A DNA stretch of 64,000 nt, from positions 960,001-1,024,000 of the forward strand of contig CBDCCK010000002.1 in NCBI GenBank assembly GCA_965214835.1. The letters are read 5' to 3'. This document shows, in pieces, positions 1 to 9,666 of the stretch. The notes beneath the pieces were generated by a model. The model saw only the letters and a program-made list of their open reading frames with translations, searched no databases and was not told where the DNA came from. How positions within the stretch are numbered: the stretch's first letter is position 1; every line of letters starts with the position of its first letter. The DNA is from Nitrosopumilaceae archaeon. GTDB lineage: Archaea; Thermoproteota; Nitrososphaeria; Nitrososphaerales; Nitrosopumilaceae. A program made the position numbers and the translations under genes.

Positions 1-61
1 GTATAAAAAGGACCTGATGTTGTACCATATTTTTGACATATCGTGCCTATTTTGATAAAAA

Positions 62-548
62 ATGTCCAGATTTCAACTGTGCGCACTACACATACTCCGG
101 GAAGCCAAGGACGCCGGCAGGACCTCCCGGCAGGCCCACGCGTCGTATGTTGCACTCAGGAAAAAGTTCATTCATGCCAAGGGGCCGGGGCCACCGGAGG
201 GGGGCGCCGCCCAACACGACATACTAGTAGCCGAGACGCGCGCGCTGGCTGCGGCATTCAGGGAGGCAGGCTGCGAGAGCTTTGCCACAAAGCTTGAGAA
301 CGCCTCAGAATTTCTCTACACGTTCATACTGTATCCTGGAATGGAGTCCACCAGCAACCTGGCCGAGCGCATACTGAGGCCGTCCGTAATTGCGCGCAAG
401 ATATTCCAGGGGCTCTACCGAGGAGGGCATGGAGATGTTCGCCGTACTGATGACGTGTACGATGAACTGGCGCGCCCAAGGTTGCAGCGTTAGTGAAATG
501 GTCGCCAAGACCCTGACCGGAAACGCCGCCTGAGAGGTGAACTCATAC
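62..548 (+). pseudogene. IS66-family transposase 3' remnant with right TIR
   Basis: TSNLAERILRPSVIARKI resembles the IS66 TNNxAERxLR motif. A frameshifted tail ends at 533. GTGAACTCATAC (537-548) resembles the IS66 TIR at 23696-23707. Confidence 0.75.
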
Positions 549-704
549 GTTCGTGATTCTGAAAGCTCAGGCGTGGTGGCGGTTTCGGTTCCAAAATGGA
601 TGATGTCCCGGATACAAATCGTGCCCAGAATCGCAAACCACCTCGCAGACACGATCTGTTACCAGTTCAACAACTTTAAGTAATATGTTGTATTCATACA
701 ACAT

Positions 705-1316
705 ATGTTGGATAAATACAACATAACACAAACCACCTTAAAACTAGTGGAGCTTTATGCCAATGATTACACAAAAGCATTGCACCTACGGGAGATAGCA
801 AGAGAGACTAGAGTAGATGTAAAGGCCATACATCTGCAGCTCAGAAAACTAGAGAGGATCAGCATTCTTTCAAGCACGACTAGAGGACGAAACAAGGAAT
901 ACTCTCTGAACCTTGACAACATAGTTACAAGATATTATTTGATCATGTCAGAGATCTTTGCGGCCGTTATTTATCTTGAAAAAAACTTTCTGATAAGGAA
1001 GATAATCCACGAGGTCGAGGATAAGATTGACGGTCCTATCATTTTGTTTGGCAGTTTTGTAGGTGATAGACATGTCAAGGAGAGCGATGTTGACATGTTC
1101 GTCATTAGTGAAAAAAAGATTGATAGGCGCATCGTATTGGAAACTGCACGCCGGATAAACCATGACATAAACATAAGATCCACAAGCGGAGCCAAGTTTT
1201 TGAGCGGCCTAAGAGGCGATGATCCCCTAGTAAAAGAAGTTCTCACCAATCACATAGTCCTAAAAGGAGCAGACAGGTTTTGCGATATAGTATGGAGGTA
1301 TTATGCAGCCAAATGA
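705..1316 (+). CDS. HTH plus minimal nucleotidyltransferase (MNT antitoxin-like)
   Basis: N-terminal wHTH (LHLREIARET) and the IILFGS...ESDVD Pol-beta motif; overlaps the downstream HEPN gene. Confidence 0.85.
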   Translation: MLDKYNITQTTLKLVELYANDYTKALHLREIARETRVDVKAIHLQLRKLERISILSSTTRGRNKEYSLNLDNIVTRYYLIMSEIFAAVIYLEKNFLIRKIIHEVEDKIDGPIILFGSFVGDRHVKESDVDMFVISEKKIDRRIVLETARRINHDINIRSTSGAKFLSGLRGDDPLVKEVLTNHIVLKGADRFCDIVWRYYAAK

Positions 1317-1788
1317 AAAATACCTAAAATGGTGTGCAAAGCAAAGCAAGGGCATCAGGATCGTCAAGGAGTCAAAAAACCTACAGAAGGCATATCTGAA
1401 AAAATCAGAAAATGCCCTAAAATCGATGGAGGTCAATGCAAGAGAAGGTATTGATGAATGGGCAATTTCAGCTAGTTACTATGCAAAATATTTTGCCATC
1501 TATGCACTATTGTCAAGAATAGGCATAAAATGCGAGATACATGACTGTACAATAGTTTTATTTGGTTATCTGTTTTCAGAGGAAATCGCACCTTCAGTCA
1601 TGGGTGACCTTAGGCAATCAAAAGAGGACAGAGTGGAGGCGCAATATTACAGTACAGTCGAGCAGATAGATTCAAAAGAATTGATTGCCAAAACCAAGGA
1701 CTTTGTTCTCAAGATGGAGGAAATAATTGACGGACTAAGCACGCAAAAGATTACATCCCTACAAAGAAAACTTGTGTCTGCATTGTAG
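1303..1788 (+). CDS. HEPN-domain protein (MNT-HEPN toxin-antitoxin partner)
   Basis: SYYAKYFAIYALL...H...RVEAQY pattern of archaeal HEPN proteins, coupled to an MNT gene. Confidence 0.8.
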   Translation: MQPNEKYLKWCAKQSKGIRIVKESKNLQKAYLKKSENALKSMEVNAREGIDEWAISASYYAKYFAIYALLSRIGIKCEIHDCTIVLFGYLFSEEIAPSVMGDLRQSKEDRVEAQYYSTVEQIDSKELIAKTKDFVLKMEEIIDGLSTQKITSLQRKLVSAL

Positions 1789-1855
1789 TTTTTCTATTCA
1801 GTTTTGTAATAGCAGCTAAGCGAAATGTGAACCGGAAGGACCATAGTATCTATCC

Positions 1856-2953
1856 TATACTGATGATCATTGAAAATTTCGCCTGATTACACGCTGCGCT
1901 CAAGATACTTGTAGATGTCAACCTTGATGGAACACGTCCTAAAGTATTCCGAGACGGCCCTTTTGAGGTGATCTACCGTCTCGTAAAATGCCGATGTAAC
2001 CAGCCTGTACTTGGCATCCTTCCAGACTGCCTCTATGACGCTCAGCTCCGGCCTAGCTACTGGCAGGTACAGCAAGACAACGTCGGGATTTTTCTTTAGG
2101 TATCTGCGGACCTTTCCGGTCCTGTGCTGTGCTGCGTTGTCCATCACAATCAGAACCTTTCCCCACTTTTTGTGCGCCTGCTTGAGATAATGCACAAAGT
2201 TTGCACTGTTGAACTTGTCGTACGTGCGCATCAGCCGGGTTCCGTCGTCTGCAATCGTTCCGTATACCACGACGTGCTCCCTTCTGCCGGATCGTTGCAC
2301 CTCGATCCTGTCCCCCACTGGCGACCAGAACTTTCTGCCGTCCCTTCCCGTACTGACGAATATCGATTCGTCCTGTACGGTTATCCTAAATCCGCGCCTT
2401 TTTGCAAGCTTAATCGCGGTTCTTGCCGCCCCCTGCCACCGTCTTACCGCCTTTGCGTCGGCAGCATCTGCCAGCTTGGTGGTTGACGTCTTTAGCGAGA
2501 ATCCCATCGTGCGCAGGATTCTTCTGATGCTTCCCACGCTGTATGTGACATGCAGCCTGCGGCGCACCCAGTTGCACAGCTTCTTCGGGGTGAGCTTTTC
2601 CATCCTGCGCAACTTTGTGGCGATCTTTTTTATCCTGCTGACTGGAACCTTTGGCTTTCTGCCCCTGTCAGGGGAGTCACGGAGGCCGTCGATGCCGTCA
2701 AGCTCGAATCTATTGATCCACATCTGTACTGTACGCTGTGTCACGTCGGCAATCTCCGCGGTATGTGCGGTGGTGTTGCCAAGCAGCACGGAGCGCACCG
2801 CCATGATTCTGGTATAAACTCTGTTATCCTTTTCGACACACATGGCATCCGTGAGGGTTTTCTTCTTGTTCATGTCAGGATGGCCATGGATGGAGATCTA
2901 TAAACCTTCACAAGGCGTGCAATCAGGCGAAATTTTCAATGATCATCAGTATA
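1856..2953 (-). mobile_element. IS630-family element, copy 1 (apparently intact)
   Basis: Perfect TIR TATACTGATGATCATTGAAAATTTCGCCTGATT at both ends including the flanking TA; CTAG target. Confidence 0.92.
1887..2873 (-). CDS. IS630 transposase
   Basis: HTH N-terminus; DDE motifs QDES, MDNAAQH and PELSVIEAVW. Confidence 0.92.
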   Translation of the reverse strand: MNKKKTLTDAMCVEKDNRVYTRIMAVRSVLLGNTTAHTAEIADVTQRTVQMWINRFELDGIDGLRDSPDRGRKPKVPVSRIKKIATKLRRMEKLTPKKLCNWVRRRLHVTYSVGSIRRILRTMGFSLKTSTTKLADAADAKAVRRWQGAARTAIKLAKRRGFRITVQDESIFVSTGRDGRKFWSPVGDRIEVQRSGRREHVVVYGTIADDGTRLMRTYDKFNSANFVHYLKQAHKKWGKVLIVMDNAAQHRTGKVRRYLKKNPDVVLLYLPVARPELSVIEAVWKDAKYRLVTSAFYETVDHLKRAVSEYFRTCSIKVDIYKYLERSV

Positions 2954-3027
2954 GTCAACAGGGGGACGTAACCTCCCATATCAAACGGTGCTGATTCCCT
3001 GCACGGGCCACTGCGAGTGTGCGTTTT

Positions 3028-4123
3028 TCAGTCAGACGCATTCACTAGGCATTCCATCGCTTTATACTTTCTCTGCGTGAGCTCCTTGTTCTGCGTGCGG
3101 TATTCCGTTTCATTGGTCAGCATGTGCCAGATCACCTTTGCAAGCGTTCTGGCCACGGCCACCTTGGCCTTTTGCCTTCCCCTGCGCTTGGCTATTCTAC
3201 TGTACCTTTCACCCATCCTGCTATCGTGCTGCACCGCTACGGTAGCTGCGTTGACAATGGCGTATCGCAGCCATGCAGAGCCGGTCTTGGTTATTGATCC
3301 TCCCCGTACGGTCTCGCCGCTGTTGCGGTGTGACGATATCAGGCCCGCGTATGATGCAAGCTTTTCTGCGGTGGGAAATCTTTGTATGTCTACTATTTCA
3401 GATATTATGGCAAGTGCGATCACGTGGCTTATTCCGGGAACCGTCATCAGGAGCTTGGTTCTGGGATCGTCTCTGCAGATGGTTGCAATCTTGCGCTCAA
3501 ATCCTGCTGCCTGCTGCTGCGTCACTTCAATCCTGTCCAGTCCCGTGCCTATCATCATTTTATCCATCTCCGAGATGTCAGTCCCCGTCGTCCCTGCAGA
3601 GCTCATGCATCCATTGGATTCCCTGTACGGTAAACTTGCCCTTGGTGGGCGGCCTTGCCACATACTTTGCAAGTATTGCAGTTATCTTGTTCTTTTCGGC
3701 TGTTCCCAGGCGTACTGCGTCGATCCTGGCCCTTGAGAGGCCGCGCAGGTCCCTATAGTACCTGTCAGGCACGAACGACTCGTACACCATGTCCATCCTG
3801 AGCAGATCTGCCAGTACCTCCGAGTCTACTTTATCATCCTTTAGCCTTGCCTGCGCTATGGCCCGGGTCTTGGCAGGATGCGCCAGCAGTGTGTCTATTT
3901 GCTTATCCTCAAGCATGTCATGCAGCAGGATCCAGTAGTTCCCCGTTGCCTCACAGACTGCACGGATCTCGTGTCCTGCATATTTCTCGTTGATCCGTCC
4001 GACAAATTTTCTTATTCCGTCGGCCGTGTTGGAAAACTCCGTCTGTTCCAGAATCTTTGCAGTATCGTCCTTGATGGTTGCTACGCACGTCTTTTTATGA
4101 ACGTCTATTCCGATGTTGATCAT
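3028..4123 (-). pseudogene. IS110 recombinase, frameshifted near 3590
   Basis: The DEDD RuvC domain (IGIDVHK, CEATGNYW, KDDKVDSEVLA) is in one frame; TVPGIS...LASYAGL...NSGE...ITKTGS is in another. Confidence 0.9.
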
Positions 4124-4129
4124 TGTATC

Positions 4130-4290
4130 ACCTCCTTGTTGATCAAAGTGTGTGTGCCCAACTGAACGGAAAACTCCCATTCGCCCTCGATGTGGCATTT
4201 TGTTGTCCGCCTACTCTGAGCCAGTCTCATACACGCCCTCATACGTGGCAAGGTTACTTCGGCTCTTGGGCCCAACATGGAATATATGGC
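4130..4290 (-). ncRNA. Putative IS110 bridge RNA (target loop about 4218-4265, donor loop about 4166-4210)
   Basis: Two stem/internal-loop/hairpin modules share a UGCCAC..GAGGGCG hairpin. Loop segments match the target and donor sequences. RNA ends are approximate. Confidence 0.75.
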
Positions 4291-4334
4291 ATCCGCTACA
4301 GATAAGATTTGATATAACGTCTCATACAATACTT

Positions 4335-4831
4335 TAGTAGAAAAGGTCTTGAATGGCTTAATGATTCACTAGAGGATAACAAAGTTAAAACGGCAAAAAT
4401 TCTTGCAGCTAACAACAGAAAGCGGCCCAAATTAATTAACCGCCTAAGGAAGTAACAGCTCGGGCTCTGGAAGTTCAGGCATGAATTTTATCGCCAAAGG
4501 GATCTTCGCAGATGTAATTTGTGTCTAAAATCATAAATCACTTCCAGAGCCCGAGCTGGTACCTAAGGAATCATTTCAAGAAATTTAGAAGTGAAAACAA
4601 AGAAAAAGGAATTTTATGTGAATTAAGAGTGATAATTGATGGCAAACTAGCTTCTAACATTCACGATAGGTGGATAATTACAAAAACACCACCTTCAATG
4701 TACCTTCTACCGATGTTATCGCACGCGGACAATATTCAGAAATAAAAAGAGATGCCAATCGGCCTGATTTTGAATCATGGTGGAACCGATCAGTAGACAT
4801 TTTGGATAAATATAATGAAATCAGTAGATGA
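4335..4831 (+). pseudogene. AT-rich gene remnant with an HDRW (PLD-like nuclease) motif
   Basis: After removing the MITE and restoring one A it reads ...IHDRWIITKNTTFNVPS...GQYSEI...FESWW. The 5' end is missing. Confidence 0.45.
4452..4562. mobile_element. MITE family C (IS66-type ends)
   Basis: 22-bp TIR GTAACAGCTCGGGCTCTGGAAG with one mismatch; 8-bp TSD CTAAGGAA. Confidence 0.9.
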
Positions 4832-4982
4832 GAGAATATGTAAAAAAGGCCATCCAAGATAACAGGCCTTTGTATCTACCAGTGTTATCAAGATAGTCTA
4901 AATTCCTTGATTTTCTACCTAACTGGGGTGCTTTTCACTTAGTCGAGATCCGACGAAAGGTTTAAAGCTTCACGGGCGATCT

Positions 4983-6398
4983 TTGATTGTGGCAGGGACA
5001 AAGTATGTCGTCAATGACATTGTCAGAAAAGACAGCAGGGACCTGTCCAAATTCATCAAGCCGGAAAGCGTTGCCCTGACAGTCACCTCCCCCCCGTACA
5101 GGAACGCAATCAACTACTCCCAGCATGTCAGGAATGCAGGGAGCAGGCAGGATGCCAGATTCCGGGGTGATGTGGGCCTGACCACTCGCGAATACCTCGA
5201 CGAGATGGAGCAAATCTTCTCGGAGGTCTACAAGGTGACGATTCCGGGTGGTTTCTGCTGCATAGTAATTGGCGACGAGGTAGATAACGGGAGGCTGGTC
5301 CCCCTCCCGAGCCACCTGATCTCACGGCTGGTAAAGGAGGCAGGCAGCGATGACGGATGGAGGCTGAGAGACGTCATAGTGTGGAACAAAGTGACTGCAG
5401 GCAGAAACGGGGCAGGAAACAGGTTTGGAATTTTCATCCAGAACCCGCTGCCCAGCTACTATAGGAGCAACATCATGCACGAGTACATCATTGTGCTCGA
5501 AAAGGGCCCGCAGAGGCGCGAGATTGACAAGCCAAGTACAAAGAAAATCCCCCTCAACAGGGCGATGAAAAGACAGGTCTCACTGTCTGTCTGGGACCTG
5601 CCCGTAGAGGAGGCAGTAAAATCCGAGTCAGGAAAATCAGTATGGGATATCACGCCCGTTCCGCCCAGGGTAATTGACCATCCGGCGGTGTTTCCCGAAC
5701 AGATTCCATGGAGGCTGATCAGCCTTTATTCAAGGGAGGGAGACGTGGTCCTGGATCCCATGAACGGCAGCGGGCAGACGACCAAGGTGGCACATCATCT
5801 CAACCGGGGTTTTATCGGCGTTGACAAAAGACTGCCTTATGTCAGACTGGCCAAAAAGCGCCTCGGGGAGCCATTCATGCTGTCAAACTTTATGATCCCA
5901 GTCTACCTGCCAATCAGCTGGTCTGACAGCGAGGAGTCTGGCAAGAAGGAGGACGCCCACCTGGACATTTCCGGGGTTCCAAGGGGATTCAAGTTCGTTT
6001 TCTCAAAGCAGTATGCAAGGGAGGTCCTGGGGGTGCGGGGAAACTATCTGTATTACAAAAACAAGGATGGCAGATGGATCTGCTACATAATGGCAAGGAG
6101 CAGCCGGCCAACAAGAATCAACATGGGGAGCCTCGCAGATCCAAAATCCCCGTTGAGTGTGGTACTGAACGCGATACCGGCCAAGCGCTTCCACAGGGCC
6201 CAGCTGAGTGAGATGCTGCCTCCAAGACTGGTGGAAAACAGACAGCCGATTGGGGCAGTCATTGACGTCTTGGAGCATGAGGGATTCCTAAAAAATACAG
6301 GCGGGAAGGGGGCAGGCCAGGTCTATGAGCTGGCCGTCCCCGGAAAACACAAGACCGCCCTCTCTCAAGCAAAGCCCGCAAAAAGGAAAAAGCGATGA
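4983..6398 (+). CDS. Beta-class amino DNA methyltransferase (probably N4-C) with C-terminal extension
   Basis: VTSPPY precedes HPAVFP and VLDPMNGSGQT; about 170 extra C-terminal residues. Confidence 0.88.
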   Translation: MIVAGTKYVVNDIVRKDSRDLSKFIKPESVALTVTSPPYRNAINYSQHVRNAGSRQDARFRGDVGLTTREYLDEMEQIFSEVYKVTIPGGFCCIVIGDEVDNGRLVPLPSHLISRLVKEAGSDDGWRLRDVIVWNKVTAGRNGAGNRFGIFIQNPLPSYYRSNIMHEYIIVLEKGPQRREIDKPSTKKIPLNRAMKRQVSLSVWDLPVEEAVKSESGKSVWDITPVPPRVIDHPAVFPEQIPWRLISLYSREGDVVLDPMNGSGQTTKVAHHLNRGFIGVDKRLPYVRLAKKRLGEPFMLSNFMIPVYLPISWSDSEESGKKEDAHLDISGVPRGFKFVFSKQYAREVLGVRGNYLYYKNKDGRWICYIMARSSRPTRINMGSLADPKSPLSVVLNAIPAKRFHRAQLSEMLPPRLVENRQPIGAVIDVLEHEGFLKNTGGKGAGQVYELAVPGKHKTALSQAKPAKRKKR

Positions 6399-6567
6399 AA
6401 TGACAGTATATGGGGCCACGTCCTTGGAGGCTCGGCCTGTGCAAGGACATGGGGTGGAACCTCAAGGTGCAAGACAGGGCGAGCCGCAAGGATCAGCGTG
6501 CCGGTGGAGGCGGATCGGAGTGAGCTGGGCAGCAACGCCCGCCGGCACTACAACTCCACGCCGGAAA

Positions 6568-7128
6568 TCAGTCCAGGATTTTTCTGGGCTTGGTACTCAG
6601 ATAGAACGCATGTCCGCTGATTATGCTCCCCATCAGAAATATCTTGGTGGCAAAGATCAGGTTCCACGGCCTGTCCGGATCAGGATATGCAATCGCCAGC
6701 CTGTCGATATCTGGAACCATGCCGTTTACAGTTCCCGCAGCTATCTGCGCGTTTAGGACGGTAAAATTCCACAACACCTCATAGGAGCAGATTACCGTGA
6801 ATCCCAGCAACATCAACTGTAGCAGGGACATCTTGATCCCACCGAGCTGCTTTGACGTTGTCTTCTTCCAGCCTATCCTGCTGCAGCAGTACCAGCCGAT
6901 TATTGCCGCAAAAAACAGCCACGTGGTCAGCTTTGCAAAGTTGTCAAACGGAACGTGGGCCGTGACCAGGGCCTCGCCCATCACATAGGTCCCGTTTTCC
7001 TCCCATTCTGACATCATCGCATAGACCCCATAGGCTACTATGGACACCATGATGAGTCCGCACAGGTAGAAGACATACAGAAAGACCCTGTATCCCCTGT
7101 CCGTCTTCTCCAGGTGCCGCCGCTCCAT
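6568..7128 (-). CDS. Hypothetical membrane protein
   Basis: About four hydrophobic segments; start reassigned to the ATG at 7128. Confidence 0.7.
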   Translation of the reverse strand: MERRHLEKTDRGYRVFLYVFYLCGLIMVSIVAYGVYAMMSEWEENGTYVMGEALVTAHVPFDNFAKLTTWLFFAAIIGWYCCSRIGWKKTTSKQLGGIKMSLLQLMLLGFTVICSYEVLWNFTVLNAQIAAGTVNGMVPDIDRLAIAYPDPDRPWNLIFATKIFLMGSIISGHAFYLSTKPRKILD

Positions 7129-7198
7129 GATTGGGTAACCGACTTTTTTGTAATATAAAAACTCAGTGTGACTTTTAACTCTCCGTGCACAAGGCCCA

Positions 7199-8287
7199 GT
7201 GAAACAAATGGCGGTTCCAATCAACACCCCGATCCTAGGCAGGGATGAGATACGCGAGGTCAGCCGCGTCCTGAAGAGCGGCGCACTGACCAGTGCTGCG
7301 ATGAACGGGGGGCCAAACGTCCGGGAATTCGAGGGACTCTCGAGGAAGTTCCTCAAGTCCAGGTATGCCGTGGCCGTCAACTCCGGCACCGCCGCAATCC
7401 AGGCGGCACTGCATGCGCTGGATATAGGGCCCGGCGACGAGATCCTGCTACCATCGTTTACCTTCGTGGCCACCGCAAACGCCGTGGCATCCACCGGGGC
7501 CAGACCCGTCTTTGTGGACATTCTTGAGAACTATACCGTCGATCCCGACGATCTGGAAAGAAAAATAACCAAGCGCTCCAGGGCGGTGATACCCGTCCAC
7601 CTCTACGGCAATGTCGCAAGGATTGAAAGGATCAAAAGGATCGCAAGGAGAAACCGCCTGAAGGTTGTCGAGGATGCGGCACAGTCGCTGGGCTCCACCT
7701 ACAGGGGAAGGCAGTCTGGCACGTTCGGGGACGCCGGGTGCTTCAGCCTGTATCCTGCAAAGGTCATGACCTCCGGGGAGGGGGGGCTGATCACGACTGA
7801 CAGCAAAAGGACCTATGAGAGGCTGTTGATGATAAGGAACCACGGGATGGTCCGAGGCTATGACTCGAGGATCTTCGGCCTTAACCTGCGGATGCCCGAG
7901 ATCCATGCCGCAATCGCCAAGGTGCAGATCAAGAGGCTGCCGTCTTTTATCAGAAAGAGGACGGTCAACGCAAGGATCCTCTCCGAGCTGCTCTCTGGCC
8001 TGGACCTAGTCCTTCCAGAGGAGCAAGAGCACGAAAAACCAAACTGGTACCTGTATACCGTCTCCACTGCCAAACAAAAACTGCTGAAAAAACGGCTGAA
8101 CTCGGAGGGCTTTGGGGCAAGCGTGTACTATCCGATCCCGGTGCACAGGATTCCCATCTATGACACGAAAAAGAGGCTGCCCGTTACCGAGTGGGCCTCC
8201 CGGCACGTGCTCTCCCTACCCGTCCATCCCGGCGTCACGCGTGCCGACCTGGGACGGATGGCGGGAATCATCTCAGACGCACTGTGA
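7199..8287 (+). CDS. DegT/DnrJ/EryC1/StrS PLP aminotransferase
   Basis: NSGTAA, VEDAAQ and FSLYPAKVMTSGEGG motifs. Confidence 0.93.
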   Translation: MKQMAVPINTPILGRDEIREVSRVLKSGALTSAAMNGGPNVREFEGLSRKFLKSRYAVAVNSGTAAIQAALHALDIGPGDEILLPSFTFVATANAVASTGARPVFVDILENYTVDPDDLERKITKRSRAVIPVHLYGNVARIERIKRIARRNRLKVVEDAAQSLGSTYRGRQSGTFGDAGCFSLYPAKVMTSGEGGLITTDSKRTYERLLMIRNHGMVRGYDSRIFGLNLRMPEIHAAIAKVQIKRLPSFIRKRTVNARILSELLSGLDLVLPEEQEHEKPNWYLYTVSTAKQKLLKKRLNSEGFGASVYYPIPVHRIPIYDTKKRLPVTEWASRHVLSLPVHPGVTRADLGRMAGIISDAL

Positions 8288-8550
8288 GCTGGCTGTAGTT
8301 AGGCATGCCCAGGAACCCGGGGCTCAACCCCGATTAAAGACATCCGTTTGGCCCGTATTCTTGCGGACTCGTAGTCTGCCTCTGTCAGTGCAAAATAGCC
8401 AAGGCAGGCGGCACCGCATCCCGCACGACGGGGCCAAGCTCGACCCCGGCAAAATCGTGCGCCATCTCAAGTATATAGACGAGCAGTCGAGGGCTATACA
8501 TGTCCAGAAATATGCAAGCTTTAAAAAACTGGTGTACGATTTGACACGTG

Positions 8551-8751
8551 ATGGATAAAAAGCAGGTGTTGGAAGAGTTGGCACAGTTTGGCGGCGACAA
8601 GACCGAGTATTTCAGACATATCAGTGGATGGTTAGACCTTGATGATGCCGAGCTGGAGGCATTCCGTAAGATTGTTGACGAGGCTCCGGGAAAATGGAAT
8701 ATGCCCCCGGAGGAATCGCCCTTCCGACGTCATACGGTGGGGAATTTTTAG
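8551..8751 (+). CDS. Small hypothetical protein
   Basis: Protein-like composition; no recognised motif. Confidence 0.4.
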   Translation: MDKKQVLEELAQFGGDKTEYFRHISGWLDLDDAELEAFRKIVDEAPGKWNMPPEESPFRRHTVGNF

Positions 8752-8796
8752 AGGACACCAAAAGACACAAAAGGCAATACATACACAATAATTCTG

Positions 8797-9075
8797 ATGA
8801 GGGAGAGTACCAGGGAATGGCTCAAACGGTGGAAGGAGGATCCAGAGTTCCGAAAGAAGTCCAAGGAAAGGGTGCAAAAACTCATAAAGACATATGACAA
8901 GATGTTCGCAGACCCCGACTACAAGGAAGACTTTGTGAACGAGTATGACGAGCATGGCCAGTTGAATCCCGGGTATTTACTTGTTCCGGATCCGCCAATT
9001 GGTGACTCCCAGGAGGGCGGGGACGTGGCTGCATCAGATACCGACGAGTCCAAGGTGAACTGCGTCAGCCGTTAG
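8797..9075 (+). CDS. Small hypothetical protein
   Basis: Charged helical ORF; no recognised motif. Confidence 0.45.
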   Translation: MRESTREWLKRWKEDPEFRKKSKERVQKLIKTYDKMFADPDYKEDFVNEYDEHGQLNPGYLLVPDPPIGDSQEGGDVAASDTDESKVNCVSR

Positions 9076-9273
9076 GACTGATGGGCTCATCCATTGTAAA
9101 CATGATGAACACCTTGTCTGGCTGGTCATGCGTCACGATCTTTCTTAGCAGACCGCGAAACCCAGGAGTGAACATGCAGTCCTCGCAATCTAACGCGGAC
9201 AGAGAACAAACCTAGTTCTTATTTTGCATGAAAAAGATGCATGGGGACATAAAGTGGATTACTCATTGCCCCT

Positions 9274-9627
9274 CTAGTATCCGCTTCTCTGGCGCTCCCT
9301 GTTGATCTCGTTTTTTCTCCTGTACTCCTCTAGGATGTCATCAGGCGTGAGTCCCAGCTCCAGCGATGCCTGGACCACAAAGTGCCAGATGTCTATGAGC
9401 TCCTCCCGTGCAGCTGACTCGTCGAACTCGGCTGGGGTCTTCCACCACTTCCAGTTCGTGGTCCGCTGAAGCTCGACTGCCTCGTGCATTATTGCAGTGG
9501 ACAGTGCCGAGACCCTTCCTTCGATATCCTTTGGGTACCTGTCAAGCCTCATCATGCCTGTCAGGCCCCTTTGCAGCCGGAATATCGCATCTAGCCTGTC
9601 CGGATTCTCAGAGGTCTCCTGTGTCAA
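9274..9627 (-). CDS. All-alpha NTP pyrophosphohydrolase (dimeric dUTPase-like)
   Basis: HEAVEL..NWKWWK...EELIDIWHF...KNEINRERQ. Confidence 0.88.
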   Translation of the reverse strand: MTQETSENPDRLDAIFRLQRGLTGMMRLDRYPKDIEGRVSALSTAIMHEAVELQRTTNWKWWKTPAEFDESAAREELIDIWHFVVQASLELGLTPDDILEEYRRKNEINRERQRSGY

Positions 9628-9666
9628 ACCACAGTTAAGCCGGGACTTTGAAACTTAAGTCTTTTT

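Larger units (their letters stand above)
2973..4322 (-). mobile_element. IS110-family element
   Basis: CT(C) core at both junctions (2973, 4321); subterminal IR ATATCAAA/TTTGATAT. Removing the element restores a MITE TIR. Confidence 0.85.

Noticed and set aside
3578-3610. Programmed frameshift in the IS110 recombinase
   Set aside because: No slippery heptamer is present and IS110 genes are normally single ORFs; a mutation or sequencing error is more likely.
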